Positions 18,249 to 27,364 of a stretch of 64,000 nucleotides of DNA are shown here, piece by piece. Each line of letters begins with the position of its first letter. The first letter of the stretch is position 1. Location of the stretch: positions 1 through 64,000 of the IMG/VR virus record IMGVR_UViG_3300030503_000573. One strand, written 5' to 3'. The translations under genes were made by a program, and so were the position numbers. Source of the DNA: a virus. The notes beneath the pieces are model-generated. The model was not told the origin of the DNA. It saw only the letters and a program-made list of their open reading frames with translations, and searched no databases.

Positions 18249-19852
18249 CGCCCGACCATCTCAGCGTGCGCGGCGTCTCGGCCACCCTTCAGCACCTTGA
18301 GCTTGCTCACCGAGTCTGTCAGCCCGCCGAGCGCCCGCTGGACGCGGGCCTCATGCGCAGCACGGTCGCTGTCTGCGGCAGCAAAGGGCTTGGGTACCGG
18401 CGGTGGCTTGGCGCCGGAACCGGGGCCGCCTTCCTCGCCGCCGGCCGCGCCAGCCTCGGCGAGCGCCTTGGCCTGGTCTGCCTGGTCACCGAGGTGCTCC
18501 TTGAGCGCGTCGATGTCCAGGTTGAGCGGGCTCGGGAACAGCAGCTCCAGCTCGTTGAAGTTGTCCTGCGCCCAGGCAATCAGGTCACCGGTGTTCTCCG
18601 GGTCGAGGGTGGGCGCCAGCACCTCGACTAAGGCGATGATCGCCTTGAGGCGGACGTCGTCAACCTTGACCTTCTCGCTGTCCGGTTCCTCCAGCAGGTT
18701 CGGCCAGGTGGCCGAGAAGGCGTTGCGCCACTCGTTGAAGGCCGCCTCGTACTTGACGCCCTTGAACTGGTCGGGGAAGCGCTTCTGCAGCGTCTTGTAG
18801 AACTCGGGGTTCCACGCCCGGCGCTGGACGATGCGGTCCATGAACTCGTACGCCGGGTCCATCCACACCCGGATGGTATTGACGAACTGGGCAACGTGCT
18901 TGGCGTCCTCGGTGCCCTCGCCGAAGCCCTCGGCGAAGGTCTCTGAGTTGAGCAGCTTGGCCGGCATGTCGCAGGCCACCGCGATGTTCTCCAGTATGTT
19001 GGACCTCGCGAGCTTGTACGCCCCGTCGAGGTTCTGCATGTTGAGGGTCTCGATGTTCTCATCTGTGGAGATCGAGAGCACCGAGGCGATCTGCGCCTCC
19101 TTGATCATCGACCGCTTCTGGCCGGCCACCGCTGCCATGATGTTGTCGATGATGGACCCGGGCTGGGCCATCTTGGCGATCAGCACCCCGGACTTCAGCG
19201 TGACCAGGTCGTCGGTCAGCAGCGTCTGGAGGAAGCTCTTGAGCGGGTACAGCGGACGCTGAAACACCGAGCGGCCCACGAACCCGAAGGCCGAGGTGGT
19301 GTACTCGATGTAGAGCGGCTCCTCGTTGAGCAGCGTCACCGTCCTGCTGCGGGCGTAGGGTACGCCCCCGACCGCGATGTGCTGGACCTTCTGAAACTCA
19401 GGCTTGTTGGGGTCCTGGCTCAGCACAAGCGAGCCGGCCGTGTTGAGCGGGTCCAGCACGTTGAACGCGATGGCCTGATCCCACAGACGGTCCCACTCGA
19501 CCTCGTCGGCTGGGTCGATGTCCTTGCCGACCAGCGCAATCGACGAGATGCCGTACGTGCGGGCCTGGCGCCCGAGGTTGAACAGGTGAGTGTCGGCCTT
19601 GACCGCGCGCCACTCGGCCTCGAAGGCCGTGATCAGCTCCTTCTCCAGGGCCACCGGGCAGGTGACGACGCGCCGCTGGCTCTGGGCCAGCGTGATCGGC
19701 GTGTCAGTCAGCTTCTTGCCGAGCGGGTGGTAGGCCTGGATGGTCTTGCACAGCTGGTAGCTCGGGGCTGACCCGGGCACGATGTCGTCTGCGCTCAGCA
19801 GCGAGACGAGCACCGACCCCGAGGCTGACGAGCTGAGCATCAGCTGGCTCAT
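18245..19852 (-). CDS. Portal protein (DUF1073-like)
   Basis: 535 aa after terminase; PSYQLCKTI..YHPLG, NIAVACDMPAKLL, GFGEGTED motifs. Confidence 0.88.
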   Translation of the reverse strand: MSQLMLSSSASGSVLVSLLSADDIVPGSAPSYQLCKTIQAYHPLGKKLTDTPITLAQSQRRVVTCPVALEKELITAFEAEWRAVKADTHLFNLGRQARTYGISSIALVGKDIDPADEVEWDRLWDQAIAFNVLDPLNTAGSLVLSQDPNKPEFQKVQHIAVGGVPYARSRTVTLLNEEPLYIEYTTSAFGFVGRSVFQRPLYPLKSFLQTLLTDDLVTLKSGVLIAKMAQPGSIIDNIMAAVAGQKRSMIKEAQIASVLSISTDENIETLNMQNLDGAYKLARSNILENIAVACDMPAKLLNSETFAEGFGEGTEDAKHVAQFVNTIRVWMDPAYEFMDRIVQRRAWNPEFYKTLQKRFPDQFKGVKYEAAFNEWRNAFSATWPNLLEEPDSEKVKVDDVRLKAIIALVEVLAPTLDPENTGDLIAWAQDNFNELELLFPSPLNLDIDALKEHLGDQADQAKALAEAGAAGGEEGGPGSGAKPPPVPKPFAAADSDRAAHEARVQRALGGLTDSVSKLKVLKGGRDAAHAEMVGR

Positions 19853-19983
19853 GAGGCGAACCCGTGGGCGGTGTCAACGAACAGGTAGGCGAGCACAGCC
19901 CCGATGAGCGCCAGATAGAAGATCGCCCACCCCATGATGATCACGTCTCGGCGGCGGCGCTCGGCGCGGTCGGGGTCGCTCAT
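19849..19983 (-). CDS. Small single-TM protein (44 aa, not in ORF track)
   Basis: MSDPDRAERRRRDVIIMGWAIFYLALIGAVLAYLFVDTAHGFAS; abuts terL stop and overlaps portal start. Confidence 0.6.
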   Translation of the reverse strand: MSDPDRAERRRRDVIIMGWAIFYLALIGAVLAYLFVDTAHGFAS

Positions 19984-21474
19984 CTAGAAGCCCCCCTTGT
20001 TGCCCAGGGCGAGTGCCACACCGTAGCAGAATGTGTCGAACACATCGTCAGCCCGCTTGGCCTCCTCGGGGTCGGCGATGGAGTAGTTCTCGACCTGGGA
20101 GATCAGGTGGTTCTTGGCCTCGCCCTTGAACACCACCACCCGGTCGTAGGCCCGGCGCGTCAGCTTGACCTTGCCGGTGCTCACGTAGCCCGACACGCTC
20201 AGCGCCCGGCCGTCCTTGCCGAGCGAGGTCAGCTTGGAGTTGATGGCGTGGGCCTTGGAGCCCTTGATGTTCTTCTGCTGCTGGAGCAGTATGATGCCCG
20301 ACGAGGCGTCCTCGATCCACACCCCCAGGTAGCCCTGGCGCGCGCCGAGGTCGCGGGCCATCTGCTCGCCGACCGTCTGCACGCTAGGCAGCCAAGCCTC
20401 CAGCGAGGCCCCCTCCAGCTGCCGGTAGTCGTAGTCGATGACCGCCAGCGGGTAGCCGCAGCCGCCGAACTTGGTGACCGCGAAGTACGTGGTGGCCACG
20501 CCGTCGTGGTTCTTGCCCGTCTTGGCCGCCGTGTCCATGACCGCGAAGACCGCGTCGCAGACCTTGGGCACCTCGATTGGCGCCCCGTTGACCAGCATGT
20601 TCTGCAGGTCAAAGAACTTCTGGCCGCTCCACCTGATCTTCCAGTTGCCCCTCAGCAGCCGCTCGCGCTCGACGAGGGGCAGGGCAAGCAGGTTGGCCAT
20701 GTAGCGCGGGTCGGCCCGCAGCAGCGCCTTGTTGTCGCTGAGCAGCGACGGTATGAAGGTCAGGCTCTTGGGCGGGATCGGCCTGTTCTCAACCGGGTCG
20801 ACGTAGTTGACGAGGTCGAGGGGGTCGTCTGCCCAGACCAGGTCGTCGCCAACACGAACGAACCACCGCACCGCGCCGGCCCGCTCTGGTATGGCGAGCC
20901 CCGTGTTCTGGTCAATCCACCACTCAATGAGCTTGGCGACCCAGCTGTCGCAGTCGGGGTTGCACGTCGCCCTGATGTAGGGCTCGACCCCGCACGTAGA
21001 GCGGTTGCGGCTCACCATGTACCAGAACTGGTAGGCCGAGAAGTGGGTCAGCTCGTCGAAGCAGATCAGCGGTATCTGCGAGCCCTGGTAGTCGAGCACA
21101 TTCTTGTCGTGCTCCAGGTGGGCGAACGTGACGCTCGCCCCGCTCGGCCACCGCCACCACAGGTCGTACTCGCGCGGCTTCGGCGGGTTCGGCAGCTGGG
21201 TGTACAGCTTGAGGCTCTCGTCCCACAGCGCACCCTCGTTCCTAATCTGGACCGAGGTGCGCCGGAAGAAGACCGCGCCGAAGTCGCGCCGGTGGGTGTG
21301 GCGCAGTGGCTCCATGAGGAGGGCCCAGGTCTTGCCGCCGCCGGCCGCCCCGCCATAGATGGCGATGTCGGCCGGGGTGCTCAGAAAGGCCGTCTGCGGC
21401 CCCGGCTGCGGGCCGAGGGTGCCAGGCGGCTGAGCGTCGAGTACGTCGAGGCCGCCGGCCCGTGCCCTGCCCAA
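19984..21474 (-). CDS. terL: Terminase large subunit (start uncertain)
   Basis: PQPGPQTAFL, Walker A YGGAAGGGKT, Walker B ICFDELTHF, RATCNP, nuclease DTAAKT...DDVFD. Confidence 0.95.
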   Translation of the reverse strand: MGRARAGGLDVLDAQPPGTLGPQPGPQTAFLSTPADIAIYGGAAGGGKTWALLMEPLRHTHRRDFGAVFFRRTSVQIRNEGALWDESLKLYTQLPNPPKPREYDLWWRWPSGASVTFAHLEHDKNVLDYQGSQIPLICFDELTHFSAYQFWYMVSRNRSTCGVEPYIRATCNPDCDSWVAKLIEWWIDQNTGLAIPERAGAVRWFVRVGDDLVWADDPLDLVNYVDPVENRPIPPKSLTFIPSLLSDNKALLRADPRYMANLLALPLVERERLLRGNWKIRWSGQKFFDLQNMLVNGAPIEVPKVCDAVFAVMDTAAKTGKNHDGVATTYFAVTKFGGCGYPLAVIDYDYRQLEGASLEAWLPSVQTVGEQMARDLGARQGYLGVWIEDASSGIILLQQQKNIKGSKAHAINSKLTSLGKDGRALSVSGYVSTGKVKLTRRAYDRVVVFKGEAKNHLISQVENYSIADPEEAKRADDVFDTFCYGVALALGNKGGF

Positions 21475-21475
21475 G

Positions 21476-22249
21476 CTAGGCCCCGGCCGCGATGGCCTCT
21501 GGCGTCACCACCTCGCCCGTCAGCTGGGGCAGGCCGTTGATGACTTCCGAGTCGTTGCGCCCGTTGTCAGGCAGCGCGAAGATCGCCACACCGTGGTTGA
21601 CCTGGATGGGCGCGCCGTCGGGGCCCGAGACCTCGTGGCGCTGGACGTCCTTCTCGAACAGGCCCAGGTGCCGCATCAGCTTCTCCAGGGCCTCCAGCTT
21701 CGGGTGCATGCGCACCTCGACCTGGCCATCCTTGGTGATCTTGACCGAGGCCACGGCAGCGGCGGTCGCGGCCGGTATCTCGGCGCTAGACTTCGGCTTG
21801 GCCCAAGGCATCTCGACGTACCGCACCATCGCGGCCTCCGAGAGCTGGTCAAAGGGCAGCTTCTTCCCATCCGCGTCGTACGGGATGGCGACCTCCTGCA
21901 TGCCCCACTCGATCACGTCGGTGATCTTGGCCCGGGCGACGTCGGCGAGGATGCTCAGAATCTCGGCCTGGCTCATGGCCAGGTAGTCGGCCACCAGCTT
22001 GCGGTGGGCCGCGATGGCTTCCTGGACCAGCGGGTTCTCCAAGAAGCCCGCCGCCGTCACCTGGGCCATGCTCGGCTTGGCGCCGCACCGCAGGGCCGCC
22101 TGGGTGGGGTTGAGGTCCTCGAAGTACTCGCGCACGAAGCGGTGCTGCTGGGGCGTGAGGTCACGCTTGGCGGGCACCGGGTCCTGCTTGCGGGTGTTGT
22201 GGCGTGTGGCCAAGGGCCTCGGCTCCTTGGGTTCGCGGGTGCTTCGCAC
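21476..22249 (-). CDS. terS: Terminase small subunit
   Basis: LTPQQHRFVREYFEDLNPTQAALRCG HTH, KLEALEKLMRHLGLF; upstream of terL. Confidence 0.88.
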   Translation of the reverse strand: MRSTREPKEPRPLATRHNTRKQDPVPAKRDLTPQQHRFVREYFEDLNPTQAALRCGAKPSMAQVTAAGFLENPLVQEAIAAHRKLVADYLAMSQAEILSILADVARAKITDVIEWGMQEVAIPYDADGKKLPFDQLSEAAMVRYVEMPWAKPKSSAEIPAATAAAVASVKITKDGQVEVRMHPKLEALEKLMRHLGLFEKDVQRHEVSGPDGAPIQVNHGVAIFALPDNGRNDSEVINGLPQLTGEVVTPEAIAAGA

Positions 22250-22292
22250 ACCACATTCGGCCCGGGGCCGTGATGTGCTCGGGCGACCCCCT

Positions 22293-22304
22293 CAGGTCAC
22301 CGCC
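22293..22304 (-). promoter_or_regulatory. ops-like element (GGCGGTGACCTG) in late-operon leader
   Basis: Matches RfaH ops consensus GGCGGTAGnnTG at 8 of 10 defined positions; between NusG paralog and terS. Confidence 0.35.
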
Positions 22305-22327
22305 TAGCTGGTCGCCTGGGGCCTGTC

Positions 22328-22933
22328 TTAGACCGTATGGCGGGCTAGGACGGGAGCAGCGCGGTCTGCCTGCTCCGGAGATGAAGTCTTGCCAACTACC
22401 TTGCCGAGCAGCTTGAAGTCAAGGGACACGTCCACCTTGCCCCCCAGCATTTCAAGCCAAACCTTCACTTGGCCACTGCGGTCCAGATCGGCGACCGAGC
22501 TGATCTGCGCCGTCAGCCCGGCAAAGGGGCCCGCCGACCCCGAGAGCTTGACCGCGTCGCCGACCCTGAGGCGCAGGGTGGTAGACAGCTTGGTGGAGTC
22601 CCACGACCGTATGCGCCCATCCTCACCCGCGACCGCGCGCAGGGCGTCTATGACGGGGTCAGGCACGGCGAGGGGTACACGGTCTACCCCGCTGCGCAGC
22701 ACGTCCACGATGCCCCGTGCACAGAGTAACGGCGTGGGGTTGGGGGCGTCTGCGAACAGGTAGCGCGGGAAGATCGGCTCGTCACGGTCGACGAGGCGGA
22801 ACTGGTGGCGGCGGAACCGCTGCCGGCGCTTCACGCGCTCGTGTGGGAGAAAGACGGCCGCCCCGAGCCGCTCCAGCTCGTCACGGGCCAGGAACTCACG
22901 GCGCGGCTCGCACCACATTGCCCACCAGGTCAT
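22328..22933 (-). CDS. NusG/RfaH-family transcription antiterminator
   Basis: NGN motifs WWAMWCEPRRE, PIFPRYLF, VPDPVIDAL; KOW motif VGDAVKL..GPFAGL and LEMLGG. Confidence 0.88.
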   Translation of the reverse strand: MTWWAMWCEPRREFLARDELERLGAAVFLPHERVKRRQRFRRHQFRLVDRDEPIFPRYLFADAPNPTPLLCARGIVDVLRSGVDRVPLAVPDPVIDALRAVAGEDGRIRSWDSTKLSTTLRLRVGDAVKLSGSAGPFAGLTAQISSVADLDRSGQVKVWLEMLGGKVDVSLDFKLLGKVVGKTSSPEQADRAAPVLARHTV

Positions 22934-23041
22934 GGGAAAGAGATAGCGCGGGGCCGGGCTGAAAGTCTAGGCTAAGAGTCACGAATGATGCTGGATTACC
23001 AGCTCGGCCTTGTGTTGGCTACGCCAACAGGAGAATGTAGT

Positions 23042-23770
23042 ATGAAGTCAGCTCTTTGGAGAGAGGTCGTCGTCAAGAAGCGCCTGCCCGGGCACGGCAA
23101 CAAGTACGCGCTCGCGCGCCCCTGCCTCCAGACCCTCGCGCAGCTCAGACAGGTGGGCCACGAGGTGATGTGGCGGGGAAAGGCGGTGCGCCTCTCGACC
23201 ATCCAGGCCCACGTGCTGGACTACCTCATCTGCCGGTCGCCAGACTGGAGCGACTGGCGCTCGATCTACCGCAACTGCTGGCCTAACCCCACCTTCAAGC
23301 CCGGCCTCGCTGCCCTCGTCGCTGACGTCATGTCCAAGCTGAGGCAGCGATTGCCCGACCTGCTGGAGAGCGGACGCGAGGTGAACAAGACCAACGGCCA
23401 GGGCTGGCGCATCAAGTCTGAGCACCTCGCCGGCCGCCGCCTGCTGGACCCGGCCCCGGCCCAGGAGAACACCGCAGGACCCATCTACTGGAGGCGTGGC
23501 ACCCGGGTGCGGTGGAGGGGTCAGACCGCAGACCTCACCACGGCCGAGGCCGAGCTGCTGACCGACCTCTCTGCTCAGCGCACCTGGACCCACTGGAGGC
23601 TCAGCTTCTGCCGCCTGTGGCCCGAGAGGGCCCAGGAGCTGACCGAGCGGGGCCGACACTCCGCCTACTGCGCAATCGAGCGCCGGCTGCAGGAGAAGCT
23701 GCCTGGGCTGGTCGAGCGCAATCCCGCCAACCCTGCCCAGAGGCGCATGAACCCTGCGGCCCTAGACTAG
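23042..23770 (+). CDS. Transcriptional regulator with two tandem OmpR/PhoB-type winged-helix domains
   Basis: WRGKAVRLS...VMSKLRQRL...GQGWRI and WRGQTADLTTAEAELL...RRLQEKL; AGGAG RBS 8 nt before ATG 23042. Confidence 0.7.
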   Translation: MKSALWREVVVKKRLPGHGNKYALARPCLQTLAQLRQVGHEVMWRGKAVRLSTIQAHVLDYLICRSPDWSDWRSIYRNCWPNPTFKPGLAALVADVMSKLRQRLPDLLESGREVNKTNGQGWRIKSEHLAGRRLLDPAPAQENTAGPIYWRRGTRVRWRGQTADLTTAEAELLTDLSAQRTWTHWRLSFCRLWPERAQELTERGRHSAYCAIERRLQEKLPGLVERNPANPAQRRMNPAALD

Positions 23771-23779
23771 GGGCCCCGG

Positions 23780-24220
23780 CCGCCCTAAGCTGTTGCCTCC
23801 AGCCGACAACAGATGAGCACCGCTCCGAACCTATCTTAAGATACCGACTTAGGTCATTGATCTTACCACCAGCGGAAAACCTCTTCTAAATCAGAGGCCC
23901 GCTCGGTTTATTAGGTCATCTTAGGTAGTTTCAATCGGCTAGGACTTTCCAACGCACCCTGCGTCTCGCCGGCTCCTTGCCCAGGCTAGGAGTACGCACT
24001 AAGTCCGTTCTGCGGAGCGCCTCCTTATTTATCTTAAGTTAATATAATAAAGGGGGGTAAGTAATAATGGGCCTCAGTAAACCCAGGACTTTCGTCAACC
24101 ACCACACGCTTACCTTCTCGCCCTCTAGGCTGCTCCGACTTAAGTTAGTCCTCAGAGGTCCCATCACCACCGCCCCCTTGCCCCAGCCCCACGCCCCGGG
24201 CTAGCCTACCTAAGTCCAGA
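23780..24220. repeat. Non-coding region with repeated CTTA(G/A)G motifs, palindrome and AT-rich core; candidate replication origin or regulatory hub
   Basis: TATCTTAAGATA palindrome 23832-23843; GACTTAGGT at 23846 with exact inverted copy 24208-24216; TTAGGT direct repeats 23911/23921; AT-rich 24025-24068; no ORF. Confidence 0.55.
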
Positions 24221-24323
24221 CCGGGCGGCCCCACTGTCGCTCGGTTGCCGGCCTCAGGCCGGTGCCTGCCGGGGGGAGTGGTTGCCCGGCGGGATGGCCC
24301 ATCATAAGGAGCCACACGACCCC

Positions 24324-24686
24324 ATGCCCACAGACGAAGTCCTAGCCCGGGGGCTCGCCCACCTCACCCGCTACGCCTAGCTGGTAGACCGCGAAGACCT
24401 CATGGTCATCAACGGTGCGCGCTACCGCGAAGACGCCCAGGCCATACGCCGCGTGATCGCCGCAGCCCGGCCCTGGGAACCTGTAGGGCCTGACACCCCG
24501 GTCAACACCTGGCTCTACACGGCCCGCGAGGGCGAGCGCGGGGTCAACCTGTGCATGCTGCTGAGGATTGACGGCTTAGACGAGTGGGTTGAGGCCGGCT
24601 CGGGCGCCACCACCGTCACCCACCACAGCTTCGCCGCCCCGACGCACTACATGGTGCCCCTGGCGCTGCCGTGGGAGGTGGGGTGA
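24324..24686 (+). pseudogene. Hypothetical gene interrupted by in-frame TAG (24378-24380)
   Basis: Strong CATAAGGAG RBS before ATG 24324; frame continues after TAG into ORF 24402-24686. Confidence 0.5.
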
Positions 24687-25312
24687 TGACCGATCACGCG
24701 GAAGCGCTGGCGGAGGCGTTGCAAGCCATCGTCGCTCCCCACGGCAATTGGAGGGCGACCGACCTGTCTGGCCCGCGCGGCATGAATGCGGAGATCGCCA
24801 GAGACGTGCTCCGCGCCTACACCGCCGCCAAGGCCCAACCTGCGGACTCCGATGTTTGCCCGCACGACAGGAAGTCGTGCTTTGTAGGGCGCGATACAGA
24901 CGACGCCCACTTCCGCTGCGGGACCGTCGCTTGTCCCAATCCGCTAAACCCGAACGCGCTTCCTGCCCAACCTGCGGGCGGGGAGGGGGAATGGGTGATG
25001 GTGCCGAGGGAGGCGACAGCGGACATGGTTAAGTCCGGACGGTCAGCCCGAGCAGAGGTCGGACGCGATACCGGCTCAAACTTGGTGAGGGCTTGTTATG
25101 CCGCCATGCTCGTGGCCGCTCCCGCCGCCCCTCCAGCCATAGAGGCACAGTGGAGGCCAATTACAGATGAAGCCGTCCAGGCCGCATGGAGCGCGTGGTG
25201 CGCGACTCCGGAGGTCAAGCACGCGCAAACCGGCGAACCCGTCTCTGACTCGTTGGTTGCTATGAGAGCGGCTCTCGAAGCTGCTCGCACCCACCGGAGC
25301 CAGCAGCAATGA
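24686..25312 (+). CDS. Hypothetical protein
   Basis: TGATG coupling; WVMVPREATADM...CYAAMLVAAP motif common in phage accessory proteins. Confidence 0.55.
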   Translation: MTDHAEALAEALQAIVAPHGNWRATDLSGPRGMNAEIARDVLRAYTAAKAQPADSDVCPHDRKSCFVGRDTDDAHFRCGTVACPNPLNPNALPAQPAGGEGEWVMVPREATADMVKSGRSARAEVGRDTGSNLVRACYAAMLVAAPAAPPAIEAQWRPITDEAVQAAWSAWCATPEVKHAQTGEPVSDSLVAMRAALEAARTHRSQQQ

Positions 25313-25530
25313 CCTCCAGGGCAAAGTGGGCCGGCACGGCACTCCAGATCGCGGGCGTGTTCGCGATGTCCTCCCGCCTCGCACCCCCGTGGGCTGCCTT
25401 CATGATCATGTTCGCCGGCTCGCTGGTCTGGTCGAGCGCCGCCGTGCTCACCCGCGACTGGCCAGCAGCCACACTCAACCTCGCCTTCGTCGGCTCCAAC
25501 CTGCTCGGCATCTGGAGGTGGACACAGTGA
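25309..25530 (+). CDS. Small membrane protein
   Basis: 73 aa, three hydrophobic segments. Confidence 0.6.
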   Translation: MTSRAKWAGTALQIAGVFAMSSRLAPPWAAFMIMFAGSLVWSSAAVLTRDWPAATLNLAFVGSNLLGIWRWTQ

Positions 25531-27245
25531 CCGACGAGCCCCCCGTCAAGCTCTGCCTCGGTGGCTCGCTGCCCCCCTTCCTCGCCCGGGCGCTCGCCGA
25601 GGGGGCCGGCCGCCTGCTCACCCCGGCGCCAGAGCCCGAGCCAGAGGCAGCGCCGAAGACGCGCTCTGGGCAGGTGATGTCGTCGCTGCCGGAGGAGGCC
25701 TACCTCGTGCGGGTCGCCGCTCCCTACTGGAGCCAGCACGGGCACCCGGCTGGGTTCACCCCACCCCCCACCGCCACCCCCTACCAGGCCGAGCACGCAG
25801 CCCTTCACGCCCTCGACAAGGCCTGGGGCCTGCTGTGGGAGCAGGGCACCGGCAAGACCTTCGCCATCATCCACGACGCCGCCGCGCTCTTCGCTGCCGG
25901 CCACATACGGGTGATGATCGTCGTCGCCCCGGCGGGCGTGCACCTCAACTGGACGCGCGAGGAGCTGCCGAAGCACTGGCCGCCCTCGGCCCCGCCGGTC
26001 GACGCCTTCGAGTGGGACCCCCAGCGGACGGAGCAGAAGGGCTACGTGGCCGTGTTCCGGTCCTGGCTCGACCGGCTGGCCTCCAAGCCCGGGCGTGCCT
26101 ACGTGCTCGCCCTCGCCTACGACGGGGCTGCGACCGAGGCCGGCAACATCGCCATCCGCAGGGCGCTCAAGGCAGCAGGCGGCCTCGCGCTGTACGTGGC
26201 CGACGAGTCGCAGCGCATCAAGACGCCGGGTGCGACCCGCACCAAGCGCATCATTGCCCAGGGGCACCTGGCCTCGCACCGCCGCATCGCCAGCGGCACG
26301 CCGGCCGAGACGCCGTACGACTTCTACACCCAGCTTCGGTTCCTCGACCCGCTGTTCTGGATACGGGAACTCGATGTGGACACGTTCACCGCCTTCCGCT
26401 CCTACTTCTCCGAGTACGAAGACGCCTACGGGGCGGGCGGCCGGCGCTACCCGAGCTTCAAGAACTACCGCCGGCTCGATGAGCTTCAGGCCCTTCTGGG
26501 CAAGGCCACGAGCCGGGTGCTGAAGCCCGAGGGGCTGCCGGCCCAGACCTACGGCCGGGTGGTCCACCCGATGACCAACTCGCAGCGGCGGGCGTACGAG
26601 GAGCTTCACACCGAGGCGATGACCCTGCTGGACTCCAACGAGCTGGTCACGGCGGAGCTCGCGCTCACCCTCGCGCTGCGGCTCAACCAGATATGCGCCG
26701 GCCACGTGAGGGCGGTGGCCGGGGGCGAGCCGTTCCTCTTCCCGGGCAACCCGCGCGGCGCGGCGCTTGGCGACTACCTGGAGGACCACGCAAGGCAGCC
26801 CCACCTGGTCTGGTACGCATTTCAGCCCGACGAGGCCCAGGTGGAGGAGGCCTGCGCGCGGGCCGCGCTGAGCATGGCCTTCTACCGGGGCGACGACGAT
26901 GGCCGCGCGATCAGGAGCTTCAAGGATGGCTCGGTCGACGTGCTGGCGGGCAACCTGAGCTCAGGCATGGCCGAGGGCCACACGCTCGTGCGGGCCGCCT
27001 CGGGGCTGTACTTTAGCCGCACGTGGCGCACAATCCAGCGGCGGCAGAGCGAGGACCGCATCCACCGCATCGGCCAGACCGAGCCGGTCCACTACGTCGA
27101 CTTCGTGGCCGACCGCTCGCCTGCCGACGAGCGGCAGCTGGACTGCCTCAGGGGCAAGCGGGCGACGGTCGACCTGGTCATGGGTGACCCGCCGGAGAAG
27201 GCGCGGGCCTGGCTGCGTAGTGCTATATCTGGAGAGGGTAGATGA
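25527..27245 (+). CDS. SNF2-family helicase
   Basis: EQGTGKT, VADESQRIK, ASGTP, QSEDRIHRIGQ; GTG start overlapping previous stop. Confidence 0.9.
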   Translation: MTDEPPVKLCLGGSLPPFLARALAEGAGRLLTPAPEPEPEAAPKTRSGQVMSSLPEEAYLVRVAAPYWSQHGHPAGFTPPPTATPYQAEHAALHALDKAWGLLWEQGTGKTFAIIHDAAALFAAGHIRVMIVVAPAGVHLNWTREELPKHWPPSAPPVDAFEWDPQRTEQKGYVAVFRSWLDRLASKPGRAYVLALAYDGAATEAGNIAIRRALKAAGGLALYVADESQRIKTPGATRTKRIIAQGHLASHRRIASGTPAETPYDFYTQLRFLDPLFWIRELDVDTFTAFRSYFSEYEDAYGAGGRRYPSFKNYRRLDELQALLGKATSRVLKPEGLPAQTYGRVVHPMTNSQRRAYEELHTEAMTLLDSNELVTAELALTLALRLNQICAGHVRAVAGGEPFLFPGNPRGAALGDYLEDHARQPHLVWYAFQPDEAQVEEACARAALSMAFYRGDDDGRAIRSFKDGSVDVLAGNLSSGMAEGHTLVRAASGLYFSRTWRTIQRRQSEDRIHRIGQTEPVHYVDFVADRSPADERQLDCLRGKRATVDLVMGDPPEKARAWLRSAISGEGR

Positions 27246-27361
27246 GGACTGTCATCATCGCCCTCACCGCCATGCTGCTGTCCGGGTGCGCCCTGCTGGA
27301 GCCGATGCACTGCGGGCCGAAGGGCAACGACGGTGGCGAGTGTGAACTAGGGAGACTCTGA
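27242..27361 (+). CDS. Small lipoprotein (39 aa, not in ORF track)
   Basis: MRTVIIALTAMLLSG-C lipobox; ATGA overlap; GGAGAGG RBS. Confidence 0.6.
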   Translation: MRTVIIALTAMLLSGCALLEPMHCGPKGNDGGECELGRL

Positions 27362-27364
27362 CAG

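Noticed and set aside
18245-19852. Anti-CBASS Acb1 label often attached to DUF1073 proteins
   Set aside because: Size, motifs and position after terL indicate a portal; no 2H phosphoesterase domain recognised
23780-24320. tRNA, CRISPR array or full CtrA box in the non-coding region
   Set aside because: No cloverleaf or regularly spaced repeats recognised; TTAA half-sites are not in TTAA-N7-TTAA spacing
24378-24380. Genome-wide TAG recoding suggested by the in-frame amber codon
   Set aside because: Many well-defined genes end correctly at TAG; no suppressor tRNA seen; only one interrupted gene
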